Assembly (NCBI GenBank): GCA_046753845.1
Contig: JBHHUP010000003.1
Span: forward strand, 6,236-70,235
From: Thermodesulfobacteriota bacterium
GTDB lineage: Bacteria; Desulfobacterota; GWC2-55-46; JADFVP01
Reading direction: 5' to 3'
Length of the DNA stretch: 64,000 bases
How positions within the stretch are numbered: the first letter of the stretch is position 1; every line of letters starts with the position of its first letter. The notes below the pieces were generated by a model, which was not told the DNA's origin, did no database searches, and saw only the letters and a program-made list of their open reading frames with translations. A program made the position numbers and the translations under genes. Of the stretch, positions 28,343-36,297 are shown in pieces.

Positions 28343-29911
28343 TTACCTCTCCTGCATCCAACCCTTGATGACCATAGCGGCCTGCCTCGGATTCTCCATT
28401 ACCAACTGCTTAAGCTTATCCGTTGCCTCTAATTTTTCATCGGCCCCGGATTCAAGGGCATGCCCGGAGCCGTCAAAGGCCATGGGGAAACTCTTTCCAA
28501 TGGCCTCAAGGGCGTCTTTCTCCATTGTCAGACGCTTGATAATGGGCCTTAAGACAAAGAATATTAAGAAGATTACGCTAAGGGCCACGCTTCCATATTT
28601 AACGGCCATGGGCATGACCTTCTCAAGCATGGGCGGGGCCTCTTCAGGAAGAGTGGCCTCGGCAAGGGGCAGAGTATCCTCAAAAGGAATATTCACCACG
28701 CTTACCGTGTCTCCCCTCTCTTCATCAAAACCAACGGCTCCCTTTACCATGGCCGTAATCTTACCGAGCTCCTCTGGGGTGCGCGCTATGTATTTTCTCT
28801 TTGCCCCCTCGGCGGCGTCCGCGGCAAGGGGGGCATAACTGCCGTCAACAAGGACAGAGACTGAGAGTTTTTTTATCTGGCCAAAGGGCTCGACGACACG
28901 CTTTACCACCTTATTGAGCTCGTAGTTAAGGACCTCGTCCTCTTTTTTCGAGAAAGAACCCACGCTGCCGCTACGCTTGCCGCCCTTACCGGGAAGGTTG
29001 GAAAGCACACCGGGGACTCCGCCGCCGCCTCCGCTGCCTCCCACGCTCTCTTTTGTCCTCTGCTCGCTCCGTACAACCTGGCTGTCGGGGTCGTAAATCT
29101 CCTCAGTCCTGTCAACACGGCGTCTCTCAAGCTCCACTGAGACGCGAGCCACGGCATTACCGTTACCAAAGGCGCGTTCAATCATGGACTGAACACGGGT
29201 AGCTATATCGGCCTCAACCCTCTTCTTGTAATCCATCTGCGTTGCGCTAAAACCACTACCGTCTTCATCATCACCGCTTGCCGTAAGGAGCCTGCCCTCT
29301 GTATCCACGATGGTCACATCCGAGGGGCTGAGGTTCTGCAGCCCGCCTGCTACAAGGTGTACAATCGCCTTGACATCACCGCCGCTAAGGCGCGCGCCGG
29401 GACGGAGCATCAAGACGATAGAGGCGCGGGCCTTTTTTTCCTCTTCAAGAAAGACACCCTTCTCGGGCATAACAAGATGCACACGGGCAGAACGTACGCC
29501 CTTAATCCGCGAGATACTCCGTGACAGCTCTCCCTGCATGGCGCGGCGGAAGTTTATCCTCTGAACAAAATCCGTGAGCCCGAAGTTCCCCTTGTCAAAT
29601 AACTCAAAACCAACACCGCCGCCTCCGGGCAGCCCGTCCCCGGCAAGCTCCATCCGTGTCTCGTGTATCTTATCCTCAGGCACGGAGATAATTCCGCCGT
29701 CAATCTTATAAGGTATATTCTTGTCGCCGAGTTTGGCGATAATCCGGCCGGCGTCACCTGAGTCCAGACCTGCAAAAAGAACACCGTACTCCGTACGCGA
29801 ACTCCATGAGACAAGAAAAATAATGCCCCCCGCCGTAATGACGGCTATCGTCATAAGGAGACCGAGTTTCATGGAACTCATTGCCTTGAGCTGTTTTGAT
29901 ACGGGCGCCAT
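28343..29911 (-). CDS. fliF: flagellar MS-ring protein FliF
   Basis: 522 aa, two TM segments flanking a large periplasmic domain, Gly-rich 'GGSGGGGGVPG' linker. Confidence 0.9.
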   Translation of the reverse strand: MAPVSKQLKAMSSMKLGLLMTIAVITAGGIIFLVSWSSRTEYGVLFAGLDSGDAGRIIAKLGDKNIPYKIDGGIISVPEDKIHETRMELAGDGLPGGGGVGFELFDKGNFGLTDFVQRINFRRAMQGELSRSISRIKGVRSARVHLVMPEKGVFLEEEKKARASIVLMLRPGARLSGGDVKAIVHLVAGGLQNLSPSDVTIVDTEGRLLTASGDDEDGSGFSATQMDYKKRVEADIATRVQSMIERAFGNGNAVARVSVELERRRVDRTEEIYDPDSQVVRSEQRTKESVGGSGGGGGVPGVLSNLPGKGGKRSGSVGSFSKKEDEVLNYELNKVVKRVVEPFGQIKKLSVSVLVDGSYAPLAADAAEGAKRKYIARTPEELGKITAMVKGAVGFDEERGDTVSVVNIPFEDTLPLAEATLPEEAPPMLEKVMPMAVKYGSVALSVIFLIFFVLRPIIKRLTMEKDALEAIGKSFPMAFDGSGHALESGADEKLEATDKLKQLVMENPRQAAMVIKGWMQER

Positions 29912-29915
29912 GAGG

Positions 29916-30215
29916 TTATACCTGCATCCTCATAACCTCTTCATAGGCCGCGATGAGCTTGTTTCTCACCTGCACCATGAGGTTAAATGAAAGGTCCGCT
30001 TTTTCTATAGCTATCATAGTCTCATGAAGGTCTTTTACCTTGCCTGAGGCAAGGCCCTCTATGCTTTTATCGGCCTCGCCCTGAAGGGTATTAACCTTCT
30101 GCAGGCTATCCTTAAGCATGCTCTCAAAGCCGCCCTTCTCAGCGCCTGTCACCTTTGATTTAAGCGCGGCGGGATCCACCGCTGTATTAAGCCCACCCTT
30201 TATCGCATCTACCAT
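29916..30215 (-). CDS. fliE: flagellar hook-basal body protein FliE
   Basis: 99 aa. 'FESMLKDSLQKVNTLQGEADKSIE'. Confidence 0.8.
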   Translation of the reverse strand: MVDAIKGGLNTAVDPAALKSKVTGAEKGGFESMLKDSLQKVNTLQGEADKSIEGLASGKVKDLHETMIAIEKADLSFNLMVQVRNKLIAAYEEVMRMQV

Positions 30216-30246
30216 GCTCTTCTCCCTGAAGTGTTATTCTTCAACC

Positions 30247-30678
30247 CTATTGAATTATCTCCATGGCCCGCATGAGCATCTCACGAGTAGCCTTAAAGGC
30301 GTTTACATTGGCCTCGTAACTCCTTGAAGCGCTAATCATATTGACCATCTCCTCGGCTGCGTTTACATTAGGGTACTTTACGTAACCGTCTGAATCAGCC
30401 CCGGGGTGGCCCGGCTCATAGACCTTCTTAAGGGGCCTGCTGTCTTCTACTATGGATGAGACGCGTACGCCTTCGAGAGAGGAGCCGCCCACGGTCCGCA
30501 TAACATCAGAAAAACCAGGCCTCTCTTTTACAGAGTCAAAGACAACGTCTCTTCTGCGGTACGGCCTGCCCGAGACACCTCCGGTGCTGTTAGCGTTAGC
30601 AAGATTACTCGATATAACATTCATCCTTACCCTCTGGGCCTTCATGCCCGAGGCTATTACGGAAAAGATATCATTCAT
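30247..30678 (-). CDS. flgC: flagellar basal-body rod protein FlgC
   Basis: 'ASGMKAQRVRMNVISSNLANANST' and 'EANVNAFKATREMLMRAMEI'. Confidence 0.9.
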   Translation of the reverse strand: MNDIFSVIASGMKAQRVRMNVISSNLANANSTGGVSGRPYRRRDVVFDSVKERPGFSDVMRTVGGSSLEGVRVSSIVEDSRPLKKVYEPGHPGADSDGYVKYPNVNAAEEMVNMISASRSYEANVNAFKATREMLMRAMEIIQ

Positions 30679-30681
30679 GCA

Positions 30682-31086
30682 CTACCTCCCCTCTTTTATT
30701 GCTGTTCTTAAGAGATGAAACTTTTTCCTCAGTATCTTGGACGAGACGTTGTACATCATGTAGTTGCCTGAGAGCCGCGCCATCTCGTCTTCTATATCCA
30801 CGCTATTATCATCAAAACCATTATCCTCATAGGGTCTATCCACAAGTTTTATCTTCTGCTCTATCCCTGCCGTGCCAAGATGACGAGGATTGGTGCCGCG
30901 GAGGCTTACCCGCTCTCTTGAATTATTCATGGCCCCGCCGAGGGCGGACTTAAAGTCCACATCCCTCGCGCGATAACCGGGCGTCTCGTTATTGGCTATA
31001 TTGGAGGCTATGGCCCTCTGCTCGGCCGCCCGTACATCAAGATTTCTTGTGAGCAGCCCTATCGTAGTTCCGAACATATAATCCAT
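30682..31086 (-). CDS. flgB: flagellar basal-body rod protein FlgB
   Basis: 'AEQRAIASNIANNETPGYRARDVDF'. Confidence 0.9.
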   Translation of the reverse strand: MDYMFGTTIGLLTRNLDVRAAEQRAIASNIANNETPGYRARDVDFKSALGGAMNNSRERVSLRGTNPRHLGTAGIEQKIKLVDRPYEDNGFDDNSVDIEDEMARLSGNYMMYNVSSKILRKKFHLLRTAIKEGR

Positions 31087-31193
31087 CTCATCCTCTTTAA
31101 CAGGAAAGATAATTTTTTAACTAACTAAAAATACCTCATCAAGGCCAGCCGGCTCAAAATACCCGCCCTCATTAACCTCTCCACCATCTTCCT

Positions 31194-31257
31194 ACTCATC
31201 TGCCAGCCACATATGCCTGCCTTACCATCCTCCTGCTCATCTGCCAACCATATACGC
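31194..31257 (-). promoter_or_regulatory. pair of 23-bp imperfect direct repeats in the flgB upstream/leader region (candidate regulator binding sites)
   Basis: ctcatctgccagccacatatgcc (31194-31216) and ctcatctgccaaccatatacgcc (31235-31257) are 19/23 identical with a 41-bp offset. They lie in a strongly pyrimidine-rich (plus strand) tract. Confidence 0.45.
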
Positions 31258-31330
31258 CCAAGATCCCTGCGCCTATCTCCTTTAGATCCAGGACCCGGAG
31301 ACCATAACAGTGGCTGCCAGGGATATTAAT

Positions 31331-31346
31331 TGCAAGATTCATACCG
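31331..31346 (-). promoter_or_regulatory. weak candidate sigma-54 promoter (GG-N10-GC with TTGCA -12) upstream of flgB
   Basis: Minus-strand reading: CGGTATGAATCTTGCA. The -12 TTGCA is perfect and the -24 is poor. TTGCAA is palindromic, so the plus strand gives a similar weak match. Confidence 0.25.
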
Positions 31347-31433
31347 AGCCAAAGGGGCTGCTTTTACTATCAATTAAATAAATAACCCTATGTTATATGG
31401 AATAATCTTCCCTGCCGCGTGAATGATCCTGCC

Positions 31434-32780
31434 TCAAGGCGGGGCAGCGGCGCCGTACTCCTTGAGCTTATTCCGAAGTGTACGAATTGAAATGCCAAGC
31501 CTCATGGCGGCCCTTGTCCTGTTGCCTCCTGTATCATCGAGTGTCTTGTATATAAGGTCCCTCTCCACATCCTTAATGGTTATGCCCTGTAATGAAGGCC
31601 CCGTAGAGGCCGTTACACCCCGGCTGGCCTCATCTGCGCCGCCGTGACCGGTACATAGGAGCAGGTGCTCTTTACTAAGGACCGAGCCGCTGCTTAAAAG
31701 CACTGAGCGTTCTATGGTATTTTCAAGCTCCCTTACGTTTCCAGGCCATTGCCGCTCTTTCAAGTAAGCGATAGCCCCGGCGTCGATAGAGGTAAGGTGG
31801 CGTTTATACCGTGCGCTGAACCTCTTCATGAACCCATGGGCCAGAAATGTTATATCCTCGCTCCTGTTGCGGAGCGGCGGGATTACTATGGGAAAGATAT
31901 TAAGGCGGTAGAAGAGGTCTTCTCTGAAGCGGCCCTCCGTGACCTCACTTCGCAGGTCTCTATTGGTAGTAGCGATAATCCTGATATCAAGGCTTTTTAC
32001 CTTTTTTGCGCCAAGCCTCTCTACCTCCCTCTCCTGAATAACGCGCAGGAGCTTGGCCTGAAGCCTTACATCCATCTCGCTCACCTCGTCAAGGAGGATA
32101 GTTCCTTTATCGGCCTGTTCAAACTTACCCTCGCGGGCGGCATTAGCCCCTGTAAAGGCGCCTTTCTCAAAACCAAATAACTCGCTCTCAAGGAGCCCGT
32201 CAGGGATGGATGCGCAGTTAACGGCTACAAAAGGAGCGTCTCTCCTTGCGCTCTCATCGTGAATGAACCTTGACATGAGCTCCTTACCTGTGCCGGACTC
32301 TCCGCTTATCATCACGGTAGCGTCGCTGCCCGCGGCTATCCTTGCAAAGGCAAGGGTCTTGCTCATCACCGGAGAGCTCGTGGGCATGACCCGGGCCCCG
32401 CTTTTTCCGCCGCTGCCTCTTCGGCCGGCAAAGGTCTTATCTACAAGGCTCTCTAGAAGCTCAAGGTCAAAGGGTTTCTGAATAAAATCAAGAGCGCCCT
32501 CCTTTACCGCCTCAACGGCTTTTTTTACCGTTCCGAAGGCCGTGATTAATAGCACCGGCGTAGTGGGCTCTATCTTCTTCACCCCCTTCATTAACTCCAT
32601 ACCGTCCATGCCCGGCATCTTCATATCGCTTATTACGAGCCCGTACCTCCCGGCATGAAACATATCAAGGGCCTCTCTACCTGAAGCGGCGGTAGAGACC
32701 CTGTACCCCTTACGGCAGAGGGCCTCGTTAAGGGCCGTCATCATGCCAAGGTCATCATCAACAACAAGTATATCCTCCAT
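31434..32780 (-). CDS. sigma-54-dependent response regulator (NtrC family; FlrC/FleR-like)
   Basis: Receiver 'ILVVDDDLGMM...ISDMKMPGMDG'. AAA+ 'GESGTGKE' and 'GAFTGA'. C-terminal Fis-type HTH. Sits next to a soluble histidine kinase. Confidence 0.85.
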   Translation of the reverse strand: MEDILVVDDDLGMMTALNEALCRKGYRVSTAASGREALDMFHAGRYGLVISDMKMPGMDGMELMKGVKKIEPTTPVLLITAFGTVKKAVEAVKEGALDFIQKPFDLELLESLVDKTFAGRRGSGGKSGARVMPTSSPVMSKTLAFARIAAGSDATVMISGESGTGKELMSRFIHDESARRDAPFVAVNCASIPDGLLESELFGFEKGAFTGANAAREGKFEQADKGTILLDEVSEMDVRLQAKLLRVIQEREVERLGAKKVKSLDIRIIATTNRDLRSEVTEGRFREDLFYRLNIFPIVIPPLRNRSEDITFLAHGFMKRFSARYKRHLTSIDAGAIAYLKERQWPGNVRELENTIERSVLLSSGSVLSKEHLLLCTGHGGADEASRGVTASTGPSLQGITIKDVERDLIYKTLDDTGGNRTRAAMRLGISIRTLRNKLKEYGAAAPP

Positions 32781-32808
32781 GTAAGACCTCCATATAAAAA
32801 AGGGGCTC

Positions 32809-33660
32809 TTATGATTCTACCCGTACTTCTTCCTGTGCCTCTTCAGACCACGGCAGAGATAACCTGAACTTCGTGCCCTCACCGGCTACGGATGAACATG
32901 TTATCTCGCCGCCATGAGCCGTGGCAATGGACGCCACTATGGCAAGGCCGAGACCTGTGCCGCTCGGGCGTGTGGTAAAAAAAGGATCAAAGACCCTGTC
33001 TTCTATGCTCTCATCCATGCCGCATCCCGTGTCCTCTATGGTAATCTCAAGTATTTTATCTTCTCTTACAGAGGTGGCTATTTTTATCGAGGCCCGATCC
33101 TTGCCGATGGCGTCAATGGCGTTAAAAAAGAGGTTCAGGAAGAGCTGACGAAGCAGCCCCGCGTCTGCGCGAGTCCTCGTGCTGCCGCTGTAGGAACGAA
33201 TTATCTCTACGTTATCACCGCAGCGTCCCGAGCATGCGGTCAGGGCATCTTCCAAGACGTCCCTTATCTCGATAAAATCCATATTAGGCTCGGGGCCGTT
33301 GGAGAATACAAGCATATCCGAGAGTATGCGGTCGAGGTTCCTCACACTGTCAAGGATATGTCCTGCGAGCTGCTGATTCTCGGTCTGACCCGATAGCTCA
33401 CGGCAGAGCAGGGTTGAAAATATCAGTATGGAGCCCATAGGGTTTCTAATCTCATGGGCAATCTTGGCGGCCATCTCTCCCATGGCCGCAAGGCGCGCCG
33501 TCCTCTGCTCGGCCTTATTCTTTCCGGAGAACTCTCGTTCAAGCTCACCGAATTTATCACCTAACATCTCGTACTGCCGCTCAAGCTTTCGCGAGGACTC
33601 CTCAAATTCCCTGAAGGCCCTGTTCAGGAAGGCCTTATCAATACTCTCGTTCATCTGCAT
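32809..33660 (-). CDS. soluble sensor histidine kinase (FlrB/FleS-like)
   Basis: H-box 'IAHEIRNPMGSI', HATPase 'DTGCGMD...GTGLGLAIV', no TM helix. The probable start is 'MQMNES' at 33660, two nt after the TPR gene stop; the ORF is called to 33705. Confidence 0.75.
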   Translation of the reverse strand: MQMNESIDKAFLNRAFREFEESSRKLERQYEMLGDKFGELEREFSGKNKAEQRTARLAAMGEMAAKIAHEIRNPMGSILIFSTLLCRELSGQTENQQLAGHILDSVRNLDRILSDMLVFSNGPEPNMDFIEIRDVLEDALTACSGRCGDNVEIIRSYSGSTRTRADAGLLRQLFLNLFFNAIDAIGKDRASIKIATSVREDKILEITIEDTGCGMDESIEDRVFDPFFTTRPSGTGLGLAIVASIATAHGGEITCSSVAGEGTKFRLSLPWSEEAQEEVRVES

Positions 33661-33662
33661 CT

Positions 33663-36083
33663 CTATTGTCCCCTGTTTTGCGCTATGGTAAGGGCCTCGG
33701 CCCACTCGCCGTAGGAGTTATATTTCTTCTTAAGTTCACTTACCGCCCGCACCGCCTCTTCGTCCATGCCGGCGCCTGCGTAGCTAAGTGATAAACGGTA
33801 CCTTGCCCATCTATCAGCGGCAAGAGAGAGATTATCCGCCATTGCAGCCGCCTCGGAGTAAGCCACCGCGGCGGCGGCGTATCCTCCGGAGATAAAGAGA
33901 GCGTCTCCGTACCCTGTCTTTGCCTCCAAAAGTCCTGCCCTGTCATTGATTTTTTTGTACTCCTTAATGGCCCGTGAATAAAGAGCCTTAGCCTCGCGCC
34001 ACCTGCCAAGCGCCTTATTGGCTCCGGCTCTCATGAGAAGACAATTAGCCCCCGTCCTGCCGCTGCCAAGACTTATCACCTCTTTATAATTACCCTTCAG
34101 GTACTGAGTCTCAATATAATACTCAGCCCAGAGAGATGCGTTCTCGGCTGCAGAGGAGATGCCCCTTGTGTCCTCAAGAAGCTTAGCCGCCGAGTTAAAG
34201 TCTCTCTGATCAAGATAGATACGTGCCAATGAGAGGTTTGCCTTCACTCTTATATCCCGGCGGCCGATTTTACCGGCTTTGCCAAGTGCCATAACCGCGT
34301 CAGGAGTAAGCCCTACTCTGTAGAGCGCTTCACCCACCCTCAGAAAATTTTCCGCCCTCTTGCCAAATGAGATCCAGTGGCCATAACGATAGTTAACGGT
34401 TACCACCTCAAGCCATTTTTTTTGCTTATACAGCTCCTTAAGCCAGTTATAAGCTGTCTTAGAGCGCAGCAGCCCCATCATCTCTGCGCCGGTGGCAAAA
34501 GGATAGAGAATAAAAAAATCGTCAAGGGCCTTCATGGCCTCGCCATGCTCCTTTAAGTCTTCAAGGACACCGGCAAGGGACAAGAGGGCTTCAGAGGATC
34601 CTATGGTCCTTGCGCCCGCCACCTCTCTATAGAGGTCTCTGGACTTTATAAGTATATGGTCGTCATGGGAGTAATAATCCGCAAGGGCGAGCATGGCCAT
34701 GGCAGCCCCCTCGCCATCGCCTCTCTTTTGAATTTTGGTATAACGCGTAACAGCCTCGTCAATATTACCGCCGGCCAGGATGGTGTCAGTCTCTCTCAAG
34801 GCAAAAAAAGACTCTATAAGGGACTGACCTCTAAAGCGTGTTCCAAGCCCCTTGAATATAATGCCCGCCCCCTTGTAATCACCACGCATCATCTTCAGGT
34901 CTGCAAGTCCCATGAGACTTAGAGGGTCTGTGAAATTATCAAGCTTTTCGTAATAAGACCATGCGGTCTTGAGCTCTCCTTTTAAAAAAAGCGAATCAGC
35001 AAGCCACGCAGCGGCTTCTTTAGAACCATCTTTACGGGCCTTTTTAAACCACTCTCTTGATTCGCTTACCCTGCCTGAAAAAAAGAGTACACGCCCTCTG
35101 CCAAGGGCGGCCGAGGCATGGAGCTTTTTCACACTCTTAGCCTCATAGGCCATGCCATAAAAGGCCATGGCCTCAGGATAGAGCCCCTCTCTCTCATAAG
35201 ACGAAGCAATAAGAAAGTGTACCATCGGTGTAAGGCCGTTCTCAGGGATACTTAAGAGGTCTGTCTCTACATAAGTATTAGATACGTCTTTTTTGATAAG
35301 CAAGATTATATCCTGAAGCGTCCTGGCACGAGGCATCTGCCCCTCTTCAGTAAGAGTTCTGAGATAACCCACGGCATCCATACCCTCTGTCCAACCCTTT
35401 AGGTGAGTTATTGGAAGATACTCACCTATCGTATCAAGGGCGGGGTCAGGGATATTACCGTAATAGTAATCCGTGAGGCGCTGCACCGTAGCCACTCTAT
35501 ACCTCCATCTCCAACCTTTATTGTAGAGAAGCGTATGTTTTCCCTCCTTGCTGTAAGGCTTAAGTGTAAACTTTTCTTCCTGGTTTTTTTTTGTCTTTGG
35601 CTTTACAAAATTAGATTTTCCGGCAAGGTGAGACTTCTTTACATTGGAGTGTGTGACCGTGGCGGCAGGCGCCGGTGTATGTGCTTTTTCGGGATACATA
35701 TCCACAACAATTCTGTATGGCTTATCCATAGTCCAGTACCTGACGCGAGCCATATTCTGCTTAAGTTCAACAAAAAAACTCGTAACAGGGGTATCACCAT
35801 CACTTTTCGTAGATACCTTTGTGAGTCTAAATAAATCCGTTCCGGCGTTACCGCCGCTAAATCCCTTGGACTCTATACCAAGAACTGATACTTCAATGGT
35901 CCTGCCGGTTTTTTTTGTACGATACCCGGCTTCGCTTCCGAGCTCTATCACAAGCCTGTGAAAATCTCTGTGCTCACCCGCCCTTGTTGAGAGAATATCT
36001 CCCTTGTCTCCGCCAGAGGCCGGCAAGAAGGTAGAGATAGATAAAAGAGGTATTATGATTATATACAGAATATACTTCAGCAC
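33663..36083 (-). CDS. secreted TPR-repeat protein with N-terminal AMIN-like domain
   Basis: 806 aa, GTG start with a GGAGGAG SD. Signal peptide 'MLKYILYIIIIPLLSISTFLPASG'. N-terminal 'FRLTKVSTKSDGDTPVTSFFVELKQNMARVRYWTMDKPYRIVVDM' resembles AMIN beta-domains. The remainder is TPR-like helical repeats (many A/Y/G-rich pairs). Confidence 0.6.
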   Translation of the reverse strand: MLKYILYIIIIPLLSISTFLPASGGDKGDILSTRAGEHRDFHRLVIELGSEAGYRTKKTGRTIEVSVLGIESKGFSGGNAGTDLFRLTKVSTKSDGDTPVTSFFVELKQNMARVRYWTMDKPYRIVVDMYPEKAHTPAPAATVTHSNVKKSHLAGKSNFVKPKTKKNQEEKFTLKPYSKEGKHTLLYNKGWRWRYRVATVQRLTDYYYGNIPDPALDTIGEYLPITHLKGWTEGMDAVGYLRTLTEEGQMPRARTLQDIILLIKKDVSNTYVETDLLSIPENGLTPMVHFLIASSYEREGLYPEAMAFYGMAYEAKSVKKLHASAALGRGRVLFFSGRVSESREWFKKARKDGSKEAAAWLADSLFLKGELKTAWSYYEKLDNFTDPLSLMGLADLKMMRGDYKGAGIIFKGLGTRFRGQSLIESFFALRETDTILAGGNIDEAVTRYTKIQKRGDGEGAAMAMLALADYYSHDDHILIKSRDLYREVAGARTIGSSEALLSLAGVLEDLKEHGEAMKALDDFFILYPFATGAEMMGLLRSKTAYNWLKELYKQKKWLEVVTVNYRYGHWISFGKRAENFLRVGEALYRVGLTPDAVMALGKAGKIGRRDIRVKANLSLARIYLDQRDFNSAAKLLEDTRGISSAAENASLWAEYYIETQYLKGNYKEVISLGSGRTGANCLLMRAGANKALGRWREAKALYSRAIKEYKKINDRAGLLEAKTGYGDALFISGGYAAAAVAYSEAAAMADNLSLAADRWARYRLSLSYAGAGMDEEAVRAVSELKKKYNSYGEWAEALTIAQNRGQ

Positions 36084-36109
36084 CGTGACTCCTCCATGTC
36101 ATAAGAAGA

Positions 36110-36127
36110 AGCAACAAACATGCCACG
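36110..36127 (-). promoter_or_regulatory. sigma-54 promoter (TGGCATG-N4-TTGCT) upstream of the TPR-kinase-regulator operon
   Basis: Minus-strand reading: CGTGGCATGTTTGTTGCT, 15-25 nt upstream of the GTG start. It is immediately downstream of the FleQ-like gene. Confidence 0.6.
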
Positions 36128-36297
36128 AGGAAAGCCCCGTGGCATCTATTGAGAAAAAGCCGTTTTTCTTATGGATAATTGGCCTGTTACGGCGATATGA
36201 AATGGAGATTTTACGGATTAGGCCGCAGTAAAGAGCCCGACGTCATAAGACAGACACCCACAATGTGTTGAGAGCTTGACCCTCAGGAGTTTACCCC

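Noticed and set aside
31311-31336. plus-strand sigma54-like match AGGGATATTAATTGCA
   Set aside because: It would drive transcription antisense into the sigma54 regulator gene. The -24 element is poor, and it arises from the same palindromic TTGCAA as the minus-strand candidate.
36150-36167. A/T hairpin agaaaaagccgtttttct as terminator of the FleQ-like gene
   Set aside because: The stem is purely A:T with no trailing U-tract on the minus strand and sits 130 nt after the stop. It is more plausibly part of the sigma54 promoter upstream region than a terminator, so it is recorded only as a note.
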